Source: a virus (taxonomy: Duplodnaviria > Caudoviricetes). Taken from it: DNA of 64,000 nt. The stretch covers positions 1,351 to 65,350 of the IMG/VR virus record IMGVR_UViG_3300020385_000012; one strand, given 5' to 3'. The notes under the pieces are model-generated. The model ran no database searches, was not told the origin of the DNA, and saw nothing but the letters and a program-made list of their open reading frames with translations. This document shows positions 1-9,151 of this stretch, one piece after another; within the stretch, counting starts at the first letter, position 1; the number at the start of each line of letters is the position of its first letter. A program made the position numbers and the translations under genes.

Positions 1-3000
1 GAAGATGTTCCTATTCCTACGTTGCCACCATTGAAATATGAATTACCGCCAGTAGATAATCTAATTTTTTCAGCCTCAGATGCATCATACATACTAAGCA
101 TTGAACCATTACCACTTCGCCCAACACTAAAATTAAATCTTTGTTCACCATTATCAGCTCTAAATCTAACATTCCTATCAATACTATTATCACCAGTGGC
201 TGAATTTGTTAGTACGTCTAATCTAGCTGTCGGCGAAGTTGTTCCTATACCAACATTACCGTCTCTATCAATACGCATTTTCTCGGTATTACCAACTCCT
301 GCTTTGTATGTTTTAAAAGCTATATCTCTACCATCAACACTATTAGCATTATTATTATGAACCCCTATACCTCCATCTCCATTGTTGAAAGTTAAGAGAC
401 ATCCATCACCTCCTCTAATATCAATATTACCATTTACAGTAAACTTTTGATATAATGCAGTATGCCCAATACCTACTTTTCCAGAACTATCAATACGCAT
501 TTTTTCACTTCCACCTGTATATAATCTAATACCACCAACTGAGCCATCGCCTGCCCTTAATTGTAATAAACCACCATTTCCACTTTCATTACCTGATATA
601 TGAACAGATGCACCCCTTGTATCTCCAGAAGCACCACCACCACTAATAATTATTTGCGCATTATCTGAGCCATCAGCAGTATTTGATAAAATTGTAGCAT
701 TACCATTAAATTGCATATTTCCAGAACTGTCAATACGCATTCTTTCTGTTGGTGAACCACCACTTGTTGTCCAAAAAGCTAAATCAGTTGGATTATTACT
801 TGAAGCAGTGTTTATAGCTTGTATTCCAGCACCACCTTTAAATTCAGAATCTCCTCCTAAACTTGTGGATGTTGCTCCAAAAGATATACCTGTTTTTTTA
901 GGGTAAGAACCTCCTGTTCCAGTATTTACATTTATTGAGACATCATTTGTTGCGTGATATAAACTTAATTTAGCATCAGGCGAAGTAGTACCGATTCCTA
1001 CGTTTCCAGCATTTGTAATACGCATTCTTTCTGAATATGTACCTGTAAAAAATTGATAATTTCCATTTCTTGCATAATATCTCATATCAATACCATTGTT
1101 GGTATTTGCTCTATCAAGACATTCAAAACTAACATTATCAGAACCTGTGGTTACATCTAATTCAGCATCAGTTTGTTTAACTACAAATTTAGCTAATGGC
1201 GAAGTCGTTCCGATTCCTACGTTGCCGCCTAAAGGATTTAACAATAATTTAGCGGTAACTTGATTTGTTGTATATTGACCTTGTATCCATATTGAGGGTG
1301 TGCTTGGGTTTACACCAAACATCATTCTTAATCCACTTGCGCCAAAATTACCTATACCTATTATAGAATTAGCAGCAGTTGTTGTATATGTTGCAGAAGG
1401 GTCACCACTATTTCCATTAATATTTAATTTTGTATCAGGCGAAGATGTTCCTATTCCTAGATTTCCTGAACTGGTTAGTCGCATACTCTCACTGCCATTA
1501 GCTTCCCATTTATGGTAGGAAGGGCTTATATAATAACCATCACTTCCATCACCATTTTGTAAATACAATCCATTAGTACCACCTCTAAAATAAATTATAT
1601 TATTTGTGTGTAATACTGCTGTTGCTGTTGCTATACTTCCGCCAGTAAATTGTACACCACTACCTGCTATAATTTTACCTGTAAAAGTTACATCTGCTCC
1701 TCCTATAGTAAGTCCACTTGTTGTAGTTTGTAGATAACTATGCTCAACATCATTTTTTTCAAAAAGTATTTGTTTTGCATCTGCGGTATCGTCTCTTGAT
1801 AAAGTTAAATATCCTGGTCCAAGTTCGGCGCCGTTAATATCTCCTAATGAAGCACCTACTCCTGCCACAGATGTTCTATTAATTAAAAATGCAGTTCCTT
1901 TGACTGTTCCTGCAAAAGTCGCACTACCATCTACTTGACTAAATGTTTGAAAATCTGTACCGCTTGAATTTCTAAAATGTATAACTGCTCCAGCACCCGT
2001 GTTACTAGGTGTTTGTAATAATGTTCCTAATGATGTATTTGAAAATAATGTATTTGTGTCACTTGCGCCTTTAATCCAACCATTAACTCTTACATTTCCT
2101 GCGAAAGTTGCGTTTCCAGAACTATTAACAGAAAAAGCACTTGTTCCCTGACCTGCGGCTTGACTTCCATATCTTACATCTAAAATATTTCCACTTCCTG
2201 CTTGTTGTATATATACTGCTGTATTACTACTGTTTCTTGTTAGTAAAGAATAATCAGTTGAACCAGTTGTGGTTCTAAATCCATTTGCTTGTACAATAGC
2301 ATTTGAAACAACATCACCTGTAAAAGTTCCTTCACCTGTTACACTAACACCTGTGTTTGTGGTTTCAAATTTTTTGCTACCATTATAATATAAATCTACT
2401 GAGCCATCTTCCGAAAACTCAGCCATAAATTCATTATTAGCGCCCTGTAAGTATATATCATTTGATGATTTTATAAATAAATCACCTGTACCTGTTTCGT
2501 TTATATAACTATGGCTACCATCGTGATATATTTCTAGGTCTTTACCGCTACCCATAAAAATCTTTGACTTATCTGGGAATATTGTAGCTCCTAATGTATC
2601 TGTATTATTTGTATCGGTTCCAGAAAGGTAGAAGTAATTTGCTAAATTACCATCCCCACGATCAGCTTGAAAATATACGTCATTATTATCTACTTGTTGT
2701 TTAATGTAAAGACCACCGGTATCATTTTCTATATATGAGTTACTGCCATCGTGATATATTTTTAAATCTTCACCAGTGCCTAAACTTAATATTGAATCAT
2801 CTGTAAAGTTTACATTTCTATCAACCGTATTAGGTACATCATTTACTCTACCAGCGCCGAATACTTCAATTAAACCATTTGTGGAATGTGATTTAATTAC
2901 GATACCAATTTTTTGTATAAGATTACTTGCGCCAGTTGGTTTTGTATTAGTAAATTCACCCAGCACATCTGATACATACAATTCATCACCTATACTAAAT

Positions 3001-3374
3001 GAATTTGTTGCAATACCTGAAACACTTCCAAGCATTACGCATTCGCCTTCTGCATCAACTGCTAAGGTCTCGTTTAATACACCAATAGCAGGCATTTTGC
3101 TGCTATCGTTATTATCGGCTCTAATTATTTCGATTACATTCCCAGAAGGAGGGTTTGCGCTGGGAGACGCGTGTACGACAGTACCTTTAGATAATGATAT
3201 GCTGTCTTTATTTTTTACAGTAAAAATTACACTCCTAGTTTCATCAGCAGCGTTATCTATGAAGCTTAAAGTTCCAGCTCCATCTGTTTTTATTATCTGG
3301 CCAGACGTTCCGTCAGCCGAAGGCAATGTATACTGGTCGTTTACATTAATATTGCTAAGAAATCTTTTAGCCAT
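1..3374 (-). CDS. Long tail fibre protein, N-terminal part (runs off left edge)
   Basis: ATG at 3374 (MAKRFLSNINVNDQYTLPSADG...), same frame as the codons at position 3. Contains repeated ERMRI..GNVGIGTTSP and DLxIYHDGSNSYI modules. Absent from the ORF track because it has no stop in the window. Confidence 0.85.
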   Translation of the reverse strand, partial: MAKRFLSNINVNDQYTLPSADGTSGQIIKTDGAGTLSFIDNAADETRSVIFTVKNKDSISLSKGTVVHASPSANPPSGNVIEIIRADNNDSSKMPAIGVLNETLAVDAEGECVMLGSVSGIATNSFSIGDELYVSDVLGEFTNTKPTGASNLIQKIGIVIKSHSTNGLIEVFGAGRVNDVPNTVDRNVNFTDDSILSLGTGEDLKIYHDGSNSYIENDTGGLYIKQQVDNNDVYFQADRGDGNLANYFYLSGTDTNNTDTLGATIFPDKSKIFMGSGKDLEIYHDGSHSYINETGTGDLFIKSSNDIYLQGANNEFMAEFSEDGSVDLYYNGSKKFETTNTGVSVTGEGTFTGDVVSNAIVQANGFRTTTGSTDYSLLTRNSSNTAVYIQQAGSGNILDVRYGSQAAGQGTSAFSVNSSGNATFAGNVRVNGWIKGASDTNTLFSNTSLGTLLQTPSNTGAGAVIHFRNSSGTDFQTFSQVDGSATFAGTVKGTAFLINRTSVAGVGASLGDINGAELGPGYLTLSRDDTADAKQILFEKNDVEHSYLQTTTSGLTIGGADVTFTGKIIAGSGVQFTGGSIATATAVLHTNNIIYFRGGTNGLYLQNGDGSDGYYISPSYHKWEANGSESMRLTSSGNLGIGTSSPDTKLNINGNSGDPSATYTTTAANSIIGIGNFGASGLRMMFGVNPSTPSIWIQGQYTTNQVTAKLLLNPLGGNVGIGTTSPLAKFVVKQTDAELDVTTGSDNVSFECLDRANTNNGIDMRYYARNGNYQFFTGTYSERMRITNAGNVGIGTTSPDAKLSLYHATNDVSINVNTGTGGSYPKKTGISFGATSTSLGGDSEFKGGAGIQAINTASSNNPTDLAFWTTSGGSPTERMRIDSSGNMQFNGNATILSNTADGSDNAQIIISGGGASGDTRGASVHISGNESGNGGLLQLRAGDGSVGGIRLYTGGSEKMRIDSSGKVGIGHTALYQKFTVNGNIDIRGGDGCLLTFNNGDGGIGVHNNNANSVDGRDIAFKTYKAGVGNTEKMRIDRDGNVGIGTTSPTARLDVLTNSATGDNSIDRNVRFRADNGEQRFNFSVGRSGNGSMLSMYDASEAEKIRLSTGGNSYFNGGNVGIGTS

Positions 3375-3384
3375 AAATTAAATT

Positions 3385-4728
3385 TTATCCTATTTTAGTT
3401 ACAAGAACTCTAATGTCGTTTGATGCAGGTATTGAATTGCTACTAAATGATACTGTCAATGCGTTTGTATTTGTTCTTACTACATCTGCATAAACTGTAT
3501 CATAAGTACTATTATCATACAATTGAACCGTCACATCTCTACTACCTAAATTGTGTGTTACTGTATACGATGTATTTGACCCATCACCAATAGATGTAAC
3601 ATATGTTGTGGGAACTTTATAAGTTGTTAAAGCAGGAGTTCCAGCATGATTGTACGCTTGGAATTCCCAATCATCATCAGCTTCATTCCATCTAAATTGA
3701 ACATTTGCCCCAGTTCCTCTTTCAATCTCAATACCCGCGTTTTCACTTGGTGTTCCAGTTACATCACTGTTTAATGTAATAATATTATCAGCAATATTTA
3801 ATTCAGTATGATTTATTTCTGTAGTAGTTCCCTCAACAGTTAAATTACCTCTAATTGTTAAATTTGTATCATTATCTGAATCACCAATATACACTGTATC
3901 TCCTGAATTGTATGACGCTAATAAAGTTGCTAATTCTGCTTTTGTTAATTGATCAGGAAATTCAACTGTTTTTGTATTAACAGCAGTAACGTGACCTGTT
4001 GATGATGTTGTAATTCCGTCTACAACAGTAAAGCTATCCCCATCGTTATTGCTTAAATCATTGCTTGTTGTATTTGTTCTAGTTACAGCAGAATGATCAA
4101 CCCTTAATGTGTTTGTTAATGCTGTTGTTTGTAAATCTGTACCACCTGCAATTGTAAATGTTTCAGAATCCAAATCAATAGCCCCTGTGCCAGAATCGCC
4201 AGCATAATCTAAATCTTCTGCTGTAATTTGTGTATCTACATAATCTTTTACCGCTGCCGATGTTGGTAATGTTGTGTCGTTATCATTTGAAGCAATATCT
4301 TCTGCTTGTGTAATAACTAAACTGCCGTTTAATTTTGCAAATGTAATACCGGCGTCTTTTATTTTCACAGCTCCATTACCATCTGTATTTGATAATTCAA
4401 TCGTGCTGTTATCAACAGTAACTTCTATTTCATCCGCGTTTGCGGTAATACCATCCCCACCAACAACATTTATTGTTTGAGCGTGCGCGCCATTTGTTGT
4501 ATTAACAGTTCCAGTTAAACCATTTCCTGCTGTTATATTTATACTTGTAATATCACCACCTAGATCAACCCACCCAGCCGAAGTGTATAAATAAATTGTA
4601 TCATCTGTGCTATGATAATATATTTGTCCTTCTACTGGATTTGAAGGAGCAGCGCTTAATTTATGAATTACTGGTAATTGTAATTCATTTTTATTAAGAT
4701 TAATATGTGTTAAGTATTGTAAAGCCAT
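3385..4728 (-). CDS. Tail fibre / tail-associated structural protein
   Basis: Thr/Gly/Asn-rich; LTVEGTTTEIN..DNIITLN..NAGIEIERG and C-terminal VTHNLGSRDV motifs typical of phage fibres. Confidence 0.7.
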   Translation of the reverse strand: MALQYLTHINLNKNELQLPVIHKLSAAPSNPVEGQIYYHSTDDTIYLYTSAGWVDLGGDITSINITAGNGLTGTVNTTNGAHAQTINVVGGDGITANADEIEVTVDNSTIELSNTDGNGAVKIKDAGITFAKLNGSLVITQAEDIASNDNDTTLPTSAAVKDYVDTQITAEDLDYAGDSGTGAIDLDSETFTIAGGTDLQTTALTNTLRVDHSAVTRTNTTSNDLSNNDGDSFTVVDGITTSSTGHVTAVNTKTVEFPDQLTKAELATLLASYNSGDTVYIGDSDNDTNLTIRGNLTVEGTTTEINHTELNIADNIITLNSDVTGTPSENAGIEIERGTGANVQFRWNEADDDWEFQAYNHAGTPALTTYKVPTTYVTSIGDGSNTSYTVTHNLGSRDVTVQLYDNSTYDTVYADVVRTNTNALTVSFSSNSIPASNDIRVLVTKIG

Positions 4729-4734
4729 GTTTTA

Positions 4735-5421
4735 TTAGTTTGCGTATATTGTTCCAGTAAAACTAGATGTTGTTGTTACTGTTATTTGTGTTGTTGAGTT
4801 GTGTTGTATATCTGCTACAACTTCAGTCCCTGCTGAATCCACAAGAACCACTGTTGGTCTTTTTCCTAAATTATGATTTACCTCCTGGCCAACGCCTGCA
4901 GAGAAAGTTATATCGTTTGAAACAAAGTTTTTATCTGATTGACCTTTATTAGATAAAGACATTGTGTAATATTTGTTGAGTACTAATCCATCGTTGCTTT
5001 CTAAATGTGAAATAGACATAACAGAAAAATTAGTACTTCCCGCTTGTGTTAAGCCATTAAAAACAAAATGGCCAAAATTATTTTTATTATCTGTTTGAGA
5101 TATAATAATATTTTGCCCAACTAAATAATCTAATAAATCTTTTATGTTCTGATTTGACAAATCACTATGCGAAACCGTAATTTTAGAAATCGTGCTAAAC
5201 GAAGGGCCACCTGTTGTTAAATTTAATGATCCGTAAGAATTACTTGTGTTATATTGAAAAGTTAATAAATCCCCTATGTTTAATAAACCGGAATCGTTAA
5301 CTAATTGTATTACATCACTAAGTTTAAAATTTTTAGTACTGCTACCAGATGAATCTGTTCCTATTACTTTATCGTTTTTAGAAACGGTATTATCTAAATT
5401 ATAAGTACTAATTCTAGCCAT
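4735..5421 (-). CDS. Tail-associated structural protein
   Basis: MARISTY..DKVIGTD N-terminus; C-terminal VNHNLGKRPTV motif shared with the neighbouring fibre gene. Confidence 0.6.
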   Translation of the reverse strand: MARISTYNLDNTVSKNDKVIGTDSSGSSTKNFKLSDVIQLVNDSGLLNIGDLLTFQYNTSNSYGSLNLTTGGPSFSTISKITVSHSDLSNQNIKDLLDYLVGQNIIISQTDNKNNFGHFVFNGLTQAGSTNFSVMSISHLESNDGLVLNKYYTMSLSNKGQSDKNFVSNDITFSAGVGQEVNHNLGKRPTVVLVDSAGTEVVADIQHNSTTQITVTTTSSFTGTIYAN

Positions 5422-5427
5422 TAAATT

Positions 5428-5889
5428 TTATTTTTTAAATAAGCTTGTTGCCTTTTCTGTTGTACGCCCACCGAAATAAGCTAAAACAACGGACATCATA
5501 ACTTTTTCGAAAGTATCGTTCCATGTTTCACCTATATGGAATGGTATCGACTCAACACTATCCAATATTCCAGCTAATGAGAATATAACAATACACCACA
5601 CTAAAACTAGTGGGCGTACATTTTTCGAAAGCCAGGAATCTGACATGGAATCCGCTTGCCACCTTGAAGTGATGCTTTCCATTTCTTTATTTTGTTGTTC
5701 AAATATAAGCTGTTGTAATTTTATTTTATCTTCGCTGCTTGCGTCAGATTTACCTATTGCTGCTATAGCTTCTGCCGGGGTTGAAGCGCCACTAATTAGA
5801 TTACCTAAAGTAGGGTTAACTAATGAAGCCGCACCAAACAAAAGTTTACCTACAGTAGTTTCTGCAAATTTCTTTTTTGGTTTACTCAT
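5428..5889 (-). CDS. Putative holin (3TM/GTA-holin-like)
   Basis: RWQADSMSDSWLSKNVRP followed by TM segments and YFGGRT.EK. Confidence 0.7.
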   Translation of the reverse strand: MSKPKKKFAETTVGKLLFGAASLVNPTLGNLISGASTPAEAIAAIGKSDASSEDKIKLQQLIFEQQNKEMESITSRWQADSMSDSWLSKNVRPLVLVWCIVIFSLAGILDSVESIPFHIGETWNDTFEKVMMSVVLAYFGGRTTEKATSLFKK

Positions 5890-6050
5890 CTTTTTTTCAT
5901 TTTATATGGAACAATCTTATTCAATGCATTTTGCCTAGCTTCACAACCACACGGTATGTTTAAACCAGATGATACTTTATCAACTACACGTTTTATGCCT
6001 GTAGCTTTAGTAAACTTTGCTATTGAATCCCCTAAACCTCTACTTTCCAT
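5886..6050 (-). CDS. Small conserved-looking phage protein (54 aa)
   Basis: Hand-translated MESRGLGDSIAKFTKATGIKRVV...CGCEARQNALN; stop overlaps the holin ATG. Confidence 0.7.
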   Translation of the reverse strand: MESRGLGDSIAKFTKATGIKRVVDKVSSGLNIPCGCEARQNALNKIVPYKMKKR

Positions 6051-6338
6051 TTAACAATTCCATTTTCTTCTAGCAGCTCTACCTCTTTCAGATTTCCATC
6101 CTTTTGATCTTGCACAAAACGATTTACGTCTTTTAGCGGCTTTGCTTCCTTTCTTTAATTTAGAAGGAGGTGTTGTTACCGCTGTTTTAAGTTTACTGCC
6201 TGGGTTATCTCTTCTGTATTTAGCTACACCTTTAGCAGTCATTCCACCACCGGCTTTTTTACCAGTACCGCCTTTTTTGTTTACTTTTTTATAGTAACCT
6301 AAAGATTTTTTTCTTGATGGTGCGTTTTTACTGGGCAT
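6051..6338 (-). CDS. Small highly basic protein
   Basis: Lys/Arg-rich; RRKSFCARS...RRKWNC motif common in marine phages. Confidence 0.7.
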   Translation of the reverse strand: MPSKNAPSRKKSLGYYKKVNKKGGTGKKAGGGMTAKGVAKYRRDNPGSKLKTAVTTPPSKLKKGSKAAKRRKSFCARSKGWKSERGRAARRKWNC

Positions 6339-6340
6339 AA

Positions 6341-6451
6341 CTATTTTTTCTTTTTCTTTCTTAATTTAGCAAAATCAGCGCCAGTAATTTTATTAAACGG
6401 TGGCGCCATTTTAGCTATTCTAAGTTGGTTAGCAGTTAATTTTTTTTTCAT
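6341..6451 (-). CDS. Basic microprotein (36 aa)
   Basis: Hand-translated MKKKLTANQLRIAKMAPPFNKITGADFAKLRKKKKK; tightly packed with neighbours. Confidence 0.6.
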   Translation of the reverse strand: MKKKLTANQLRIAKMAPPFNKITGADFAKLRKKKKK

Positions 6452-6537
6452 TTTTTTCCGTAGGATTTTTTCTTTGACATTTTTTTGTAGGACTTTTTAG
6501 TTTTAAGTCCACCACCTTTTTTACTTTTTCCTGGCAT
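6448..6537 (-). CDS. Basic microprotein (29 aa)
   Basis: Hand-translated MPGKSKKGGGLKTKKSYKKMSKKKSYGKK; ATGA overlap with next ORF. Confidence 0.5.
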   Translation of the reverse strand: MPGKSKKGGGLKTKKSYKKMSKKKSYGKK

Positions 6538-6539
6538 AA

Positions 6540-6980
6540 TTATCTGTTTTTATCTTTGATCATATCATCTATAGCTTTATTATAAACTTTATCTGTATAC
6601 GATCGGTTATTAAAAAATTTACTTCTTGTTCCTGTTGGTAAGTCTTCTTCTGCAAGCATTATACGATATATTCGTTTAATTAATTGCTTACATTTAAAAC
6701 TTGTTTTGTATATTGTGTATTTTTGAGTAACACGATTTCTTTCTCTCCAAACATCAATCCAACCATCTCTTCTTAATCTTTCCCATCTGTCTTTATCCCA
6801 ACTATAGGTATACACCCCATCAATAAATTCATTACGTGTAAATCGGTCTTTGCAATCTAAATAAATAAGTAACTCAAGATCTGCATCTTTTATATTATAA
6901 GTTTTACAGGCCCATTTACGAATGAGCCTGTAGTATTTTAATAAATTTAAATCTTTTATGTTATCTGCACTTAATCTCAT
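6540..6980 (-). CDS. Hypothetical protein, possible winged-helix
   Basis: 146 aa, coupled to groES; DLELLIYLD..FT..F pattern. Confidence 0.6.
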   Translation of the reverse strand: MRLSADNIKDLNLLKYYRLIRKWACKTYNIKDADLELLIYLDCKDRFTRNEFIDGVYTYSWDKDRWERLRRDGWIDVWRERNRVTQKYTIYKTSFKCKQLIKRIYRIMLAEEDLPTGTRSKFFNNRSYTDKVYNKAIDDMIKDKNR

Positions 6981-7234
6981 TCCACAAGTACAATATCCCC
7001 TAATTTTAAAACGTAATATAGTTTGTCATTTAATTCTATACCATGACCGGCCATTTTGTCGTAATGTACTATATCATTTTCATTAAGGTTTTCTACTAGA
7101 TTACCAGCAGATATAACTTTACCTTTTAAATACCTAACGTCTTTATTTTGATCTTCAGTAAGTTCTAAACCTCCAACTTTCTTTGGTGCTTCTTTTATTT
7201 TTTCTATGACTACGTAGTAATTAATTGCTTTCAT
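6977..7234 (-). CDS. groS: Co-chaperonin GroES (Cpn10)
   Basis: MKAINYYVVIE..GGL..GKVISAG..DIVHYDK..G..DIV; adjacent to GroEL. Confidence 0.85.
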   Translation of the reverse strand: MKAINYYVVIEKIKEAPKKVGGLELTEDQNKDVRYLKGKVISAGNLVENLNENDIVHYDKMAGHGIELNDKLYYVLKLGDIVLVE

Positions 7235-8783
7235 CTAATCGAATATTATTAATTACACAATCTGCAGAAAAAATAGTATTAACAACACTTACTGCATTTT
7301 TAAGAGCTGTTTTAGTCACAAGAACAGGATCAATAACACCTTCTTTAATCATATCAACAACTTCTCCGTTGATTACATTTATTCCTTTACCTATGTGCCC
7401 AGATTCTTGATATTCTAAATTTGCATTTTCAAGTATAGTAGTGTATGGTGATTTTATTGCTTCAAGCAAAATAGCTTCGCCATCACTTTCAGGTCTTATG
7501 TTATATGAAGCATCTAATAGTGCAACACCGCCGCCTGGAACAATACCTTCTTGCAATGCTGCTTTAGTAGCATATATTGCATCCTCAACTCTATCTTTCT
7601 TTTCTTTTAACTCAACTTTTGAATTAGCACCAACTTTTATAATAGCAACGTATCCATTTAACATTGCTAATCTTTGTTGTAGCTTTTTCTTAAAGTAAGG
7701 GTTCTTTTCTTCTTTTATTTTGTTTTCAACTTTTTCTATTCTTTCATTTAGAATAGGACCTTGATCCATTATAGTTAAGACAGTATTTTTATCGTCTGTA
7801 ACAGACTTTATTGCTTGCCCTAATATATCAGGTTGAATTAAATCTAAATCATCCCCTAACTCTTCGTTTATTACCTTTGCTCCGGTAAGAATCGCAAGAT
7901 CTTCAGTTGTGTCCTGTTTAGTAGGCCCGAATCCAGGTAAGTCAATCACATTGACTTTTATATTGCCTTTAACTTTATTTGCTAGCAATGCTGCTAATGG
8001 CTGCTGTTCTACGGTTGCTACAATAAGCAGACTTCTTTTTTCTTTGATTACAAACTCTAGTACATTCTGAATTTTACGAATGTTGGGAATTGGAGAAGAA
8101 ACTATCATTACGTACGGGTTATCTAGTTCAGCTTTTCCTTTATCCTTATCTGTTACAAAGTATGGCGATTTGAGTCCACAATCTATTTGTGTGCCTTCAA
8201 CAAACTCAACGTTTGTTTTTTCGGTCTCAGACTCTTCCATAAGGACCACTCCGTCCTTACCCACTTTCGAATATGCTTGCGATATAATCTTTCCGAGGCT
8301 TTTATCGTTATTACAACTAATTGAACTTACATTTTCTAACATGTCTCCTTTAACGTCAACTGCCTTATCAGTAAGTTCTTTATTAACTTTTTCTAATCCC
8401 CTTTCTATCCCCTGCTTTATATCTCTTATATTGTTTTTGTCTTTTGCTTTATTAGCTAAATTCAAAAGCGAATGAGCAAGGACGGTAGCTGTAGTAGTAC
8501 CGTCACCTGCTTCTTTCACTGTGTTTTTGGCAGCCTCTTTTATAAGGGTTGCTCCCATATTTTCGACCGGGTCAATTAAGACTACGCTTTCCGCAACGGT
8601 TACTCCGTCTTTTGTTATCACCGGTCTTCCGAGAGCGTCCTCGTAAATTACGCATTTACCAGAAGCGCCGAGGGTTGATTTAACTGCTTTAGTTAATTTA
8701 TCAACACCTGCCATTATTTTTGTTCTAGCATCTGTTCCGAAGGACAGATCCTTTACTATCTCACTTGGGTTATTATATTCCAT
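7221..8783 (-). CDS. groL: Chaperonin GroEL (Cpn60)
   Basis: ITKDGVTVA, AGDGTTTATVLA, KEKKDRVEDA, GIVPGGGVAL, GVIDPVLVT motifs. Confidence 0.97.
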   Translation of the reverse strand: MEYNNPSEIVKDLSFGTDARTKIMAGVDKLTKAVKSTLGASGKCVIYEDALGRPVITKDGVTVAESVVLIDPVENMGATLIKEAAKNTVKEAGDGTTTATVLAHSLLNLANKAKDKNNIRDIKQGIERGLEKVNKELTDKAVDVKGDMLENVSSISCNNDKSLGKIISQAYSKVGKDGVVLMEESETEKTNVEFVEGTQIDCGLKSPYFVTDKDKGKAELDNPYVMIVSSPIPNIRKIQNVLEFVIKEKRSLLIVATVEQQPLAALLANKVKGNIKVNVIDLPGFGPTKQDTTEDLAILTGAKVINEELGDDLDLIQPDILGQAIKSVTDDKNTVLTIMDQGPILNERIEKVENKIKEEKNPYFKKKLQQRLAMLNGYVAIIKVGANSKVELKEKKDRVEDAIYATKAALQEGIVPGGGVALLDASYNIRPESDGEAILLEAIKSPYTTILENANLEYQESGHIGKGINVINGEVVDMIKEGVIDPVLVTKTALKNAVSVVNTIFSADCVINNIRLDESN

Positions 8784-8809
8784 TTAATTAAATTTTTTAG
8801 TATAAGTGG

Positions 8810-9106
8810 TTATTTGAAGGTTTTTACTACTTTAGGTCCTTTTAAAAACTCTAGCTTTTTTGTATAATGAGATATACTCCCATCAATTGCAGCCTCGCAG
8901 CTTTCTAAAGTTTCACGCCTGGTTACATCGATCCATTTTTCTTCATTGTTTAGATCTTTGTATTCGGCCTGGAAAAATCCATTAGGTAGTTGAACAATAC
9001 GCCAGTTTTCTTTCTTAGCGATGTGCTCCCAAAGAGTTCTGGTTTCTTCGGATATTCCTTGGGTACTGTTGTTCCCCCAGGAATAGGTTTTGTAAAAATA
9101 AGTCAT
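8810..9106 (-). CDS. Hypothetical protein
   Basis: 98-aa ORF upstream of groL, preceded by a late-promoter-like motif. Confidence 0.7.
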   Translation of the reverse strand: MTYFYKTYSWGNNSTQGISEETRTLWEHIAKKENWRIVQLPNGFFQAEYKDLNNEEKWIDVTRRETLESCEAAIDGSISHYTKKLEFLKGPKVVKTFK

Positions 9107-9126
9107 TGGTTTTGGTCTTATGTTAC

Positions 9127-9140
9127 TATAATTACGTAAT
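9127..9140 (-). promoter_or_regulatory. Late-promoter-like motif (degenerate copy)
   Basis: ATTACGTAATTATA on minus strand, about 20 nt upstream of ATG 9106. Confidence 0.4.
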
Positions 9141-9151
9141 TGTCAGGTGTT

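Noticed and set aside
22-3381. Plus-strand ORFs 22..360, 1300..1518 and 2776..3381, and similar antisense ORFs across the minus arm
   Set aside because: Antisense shadows of well-supported minus-strand genes, with no recognisable motifs
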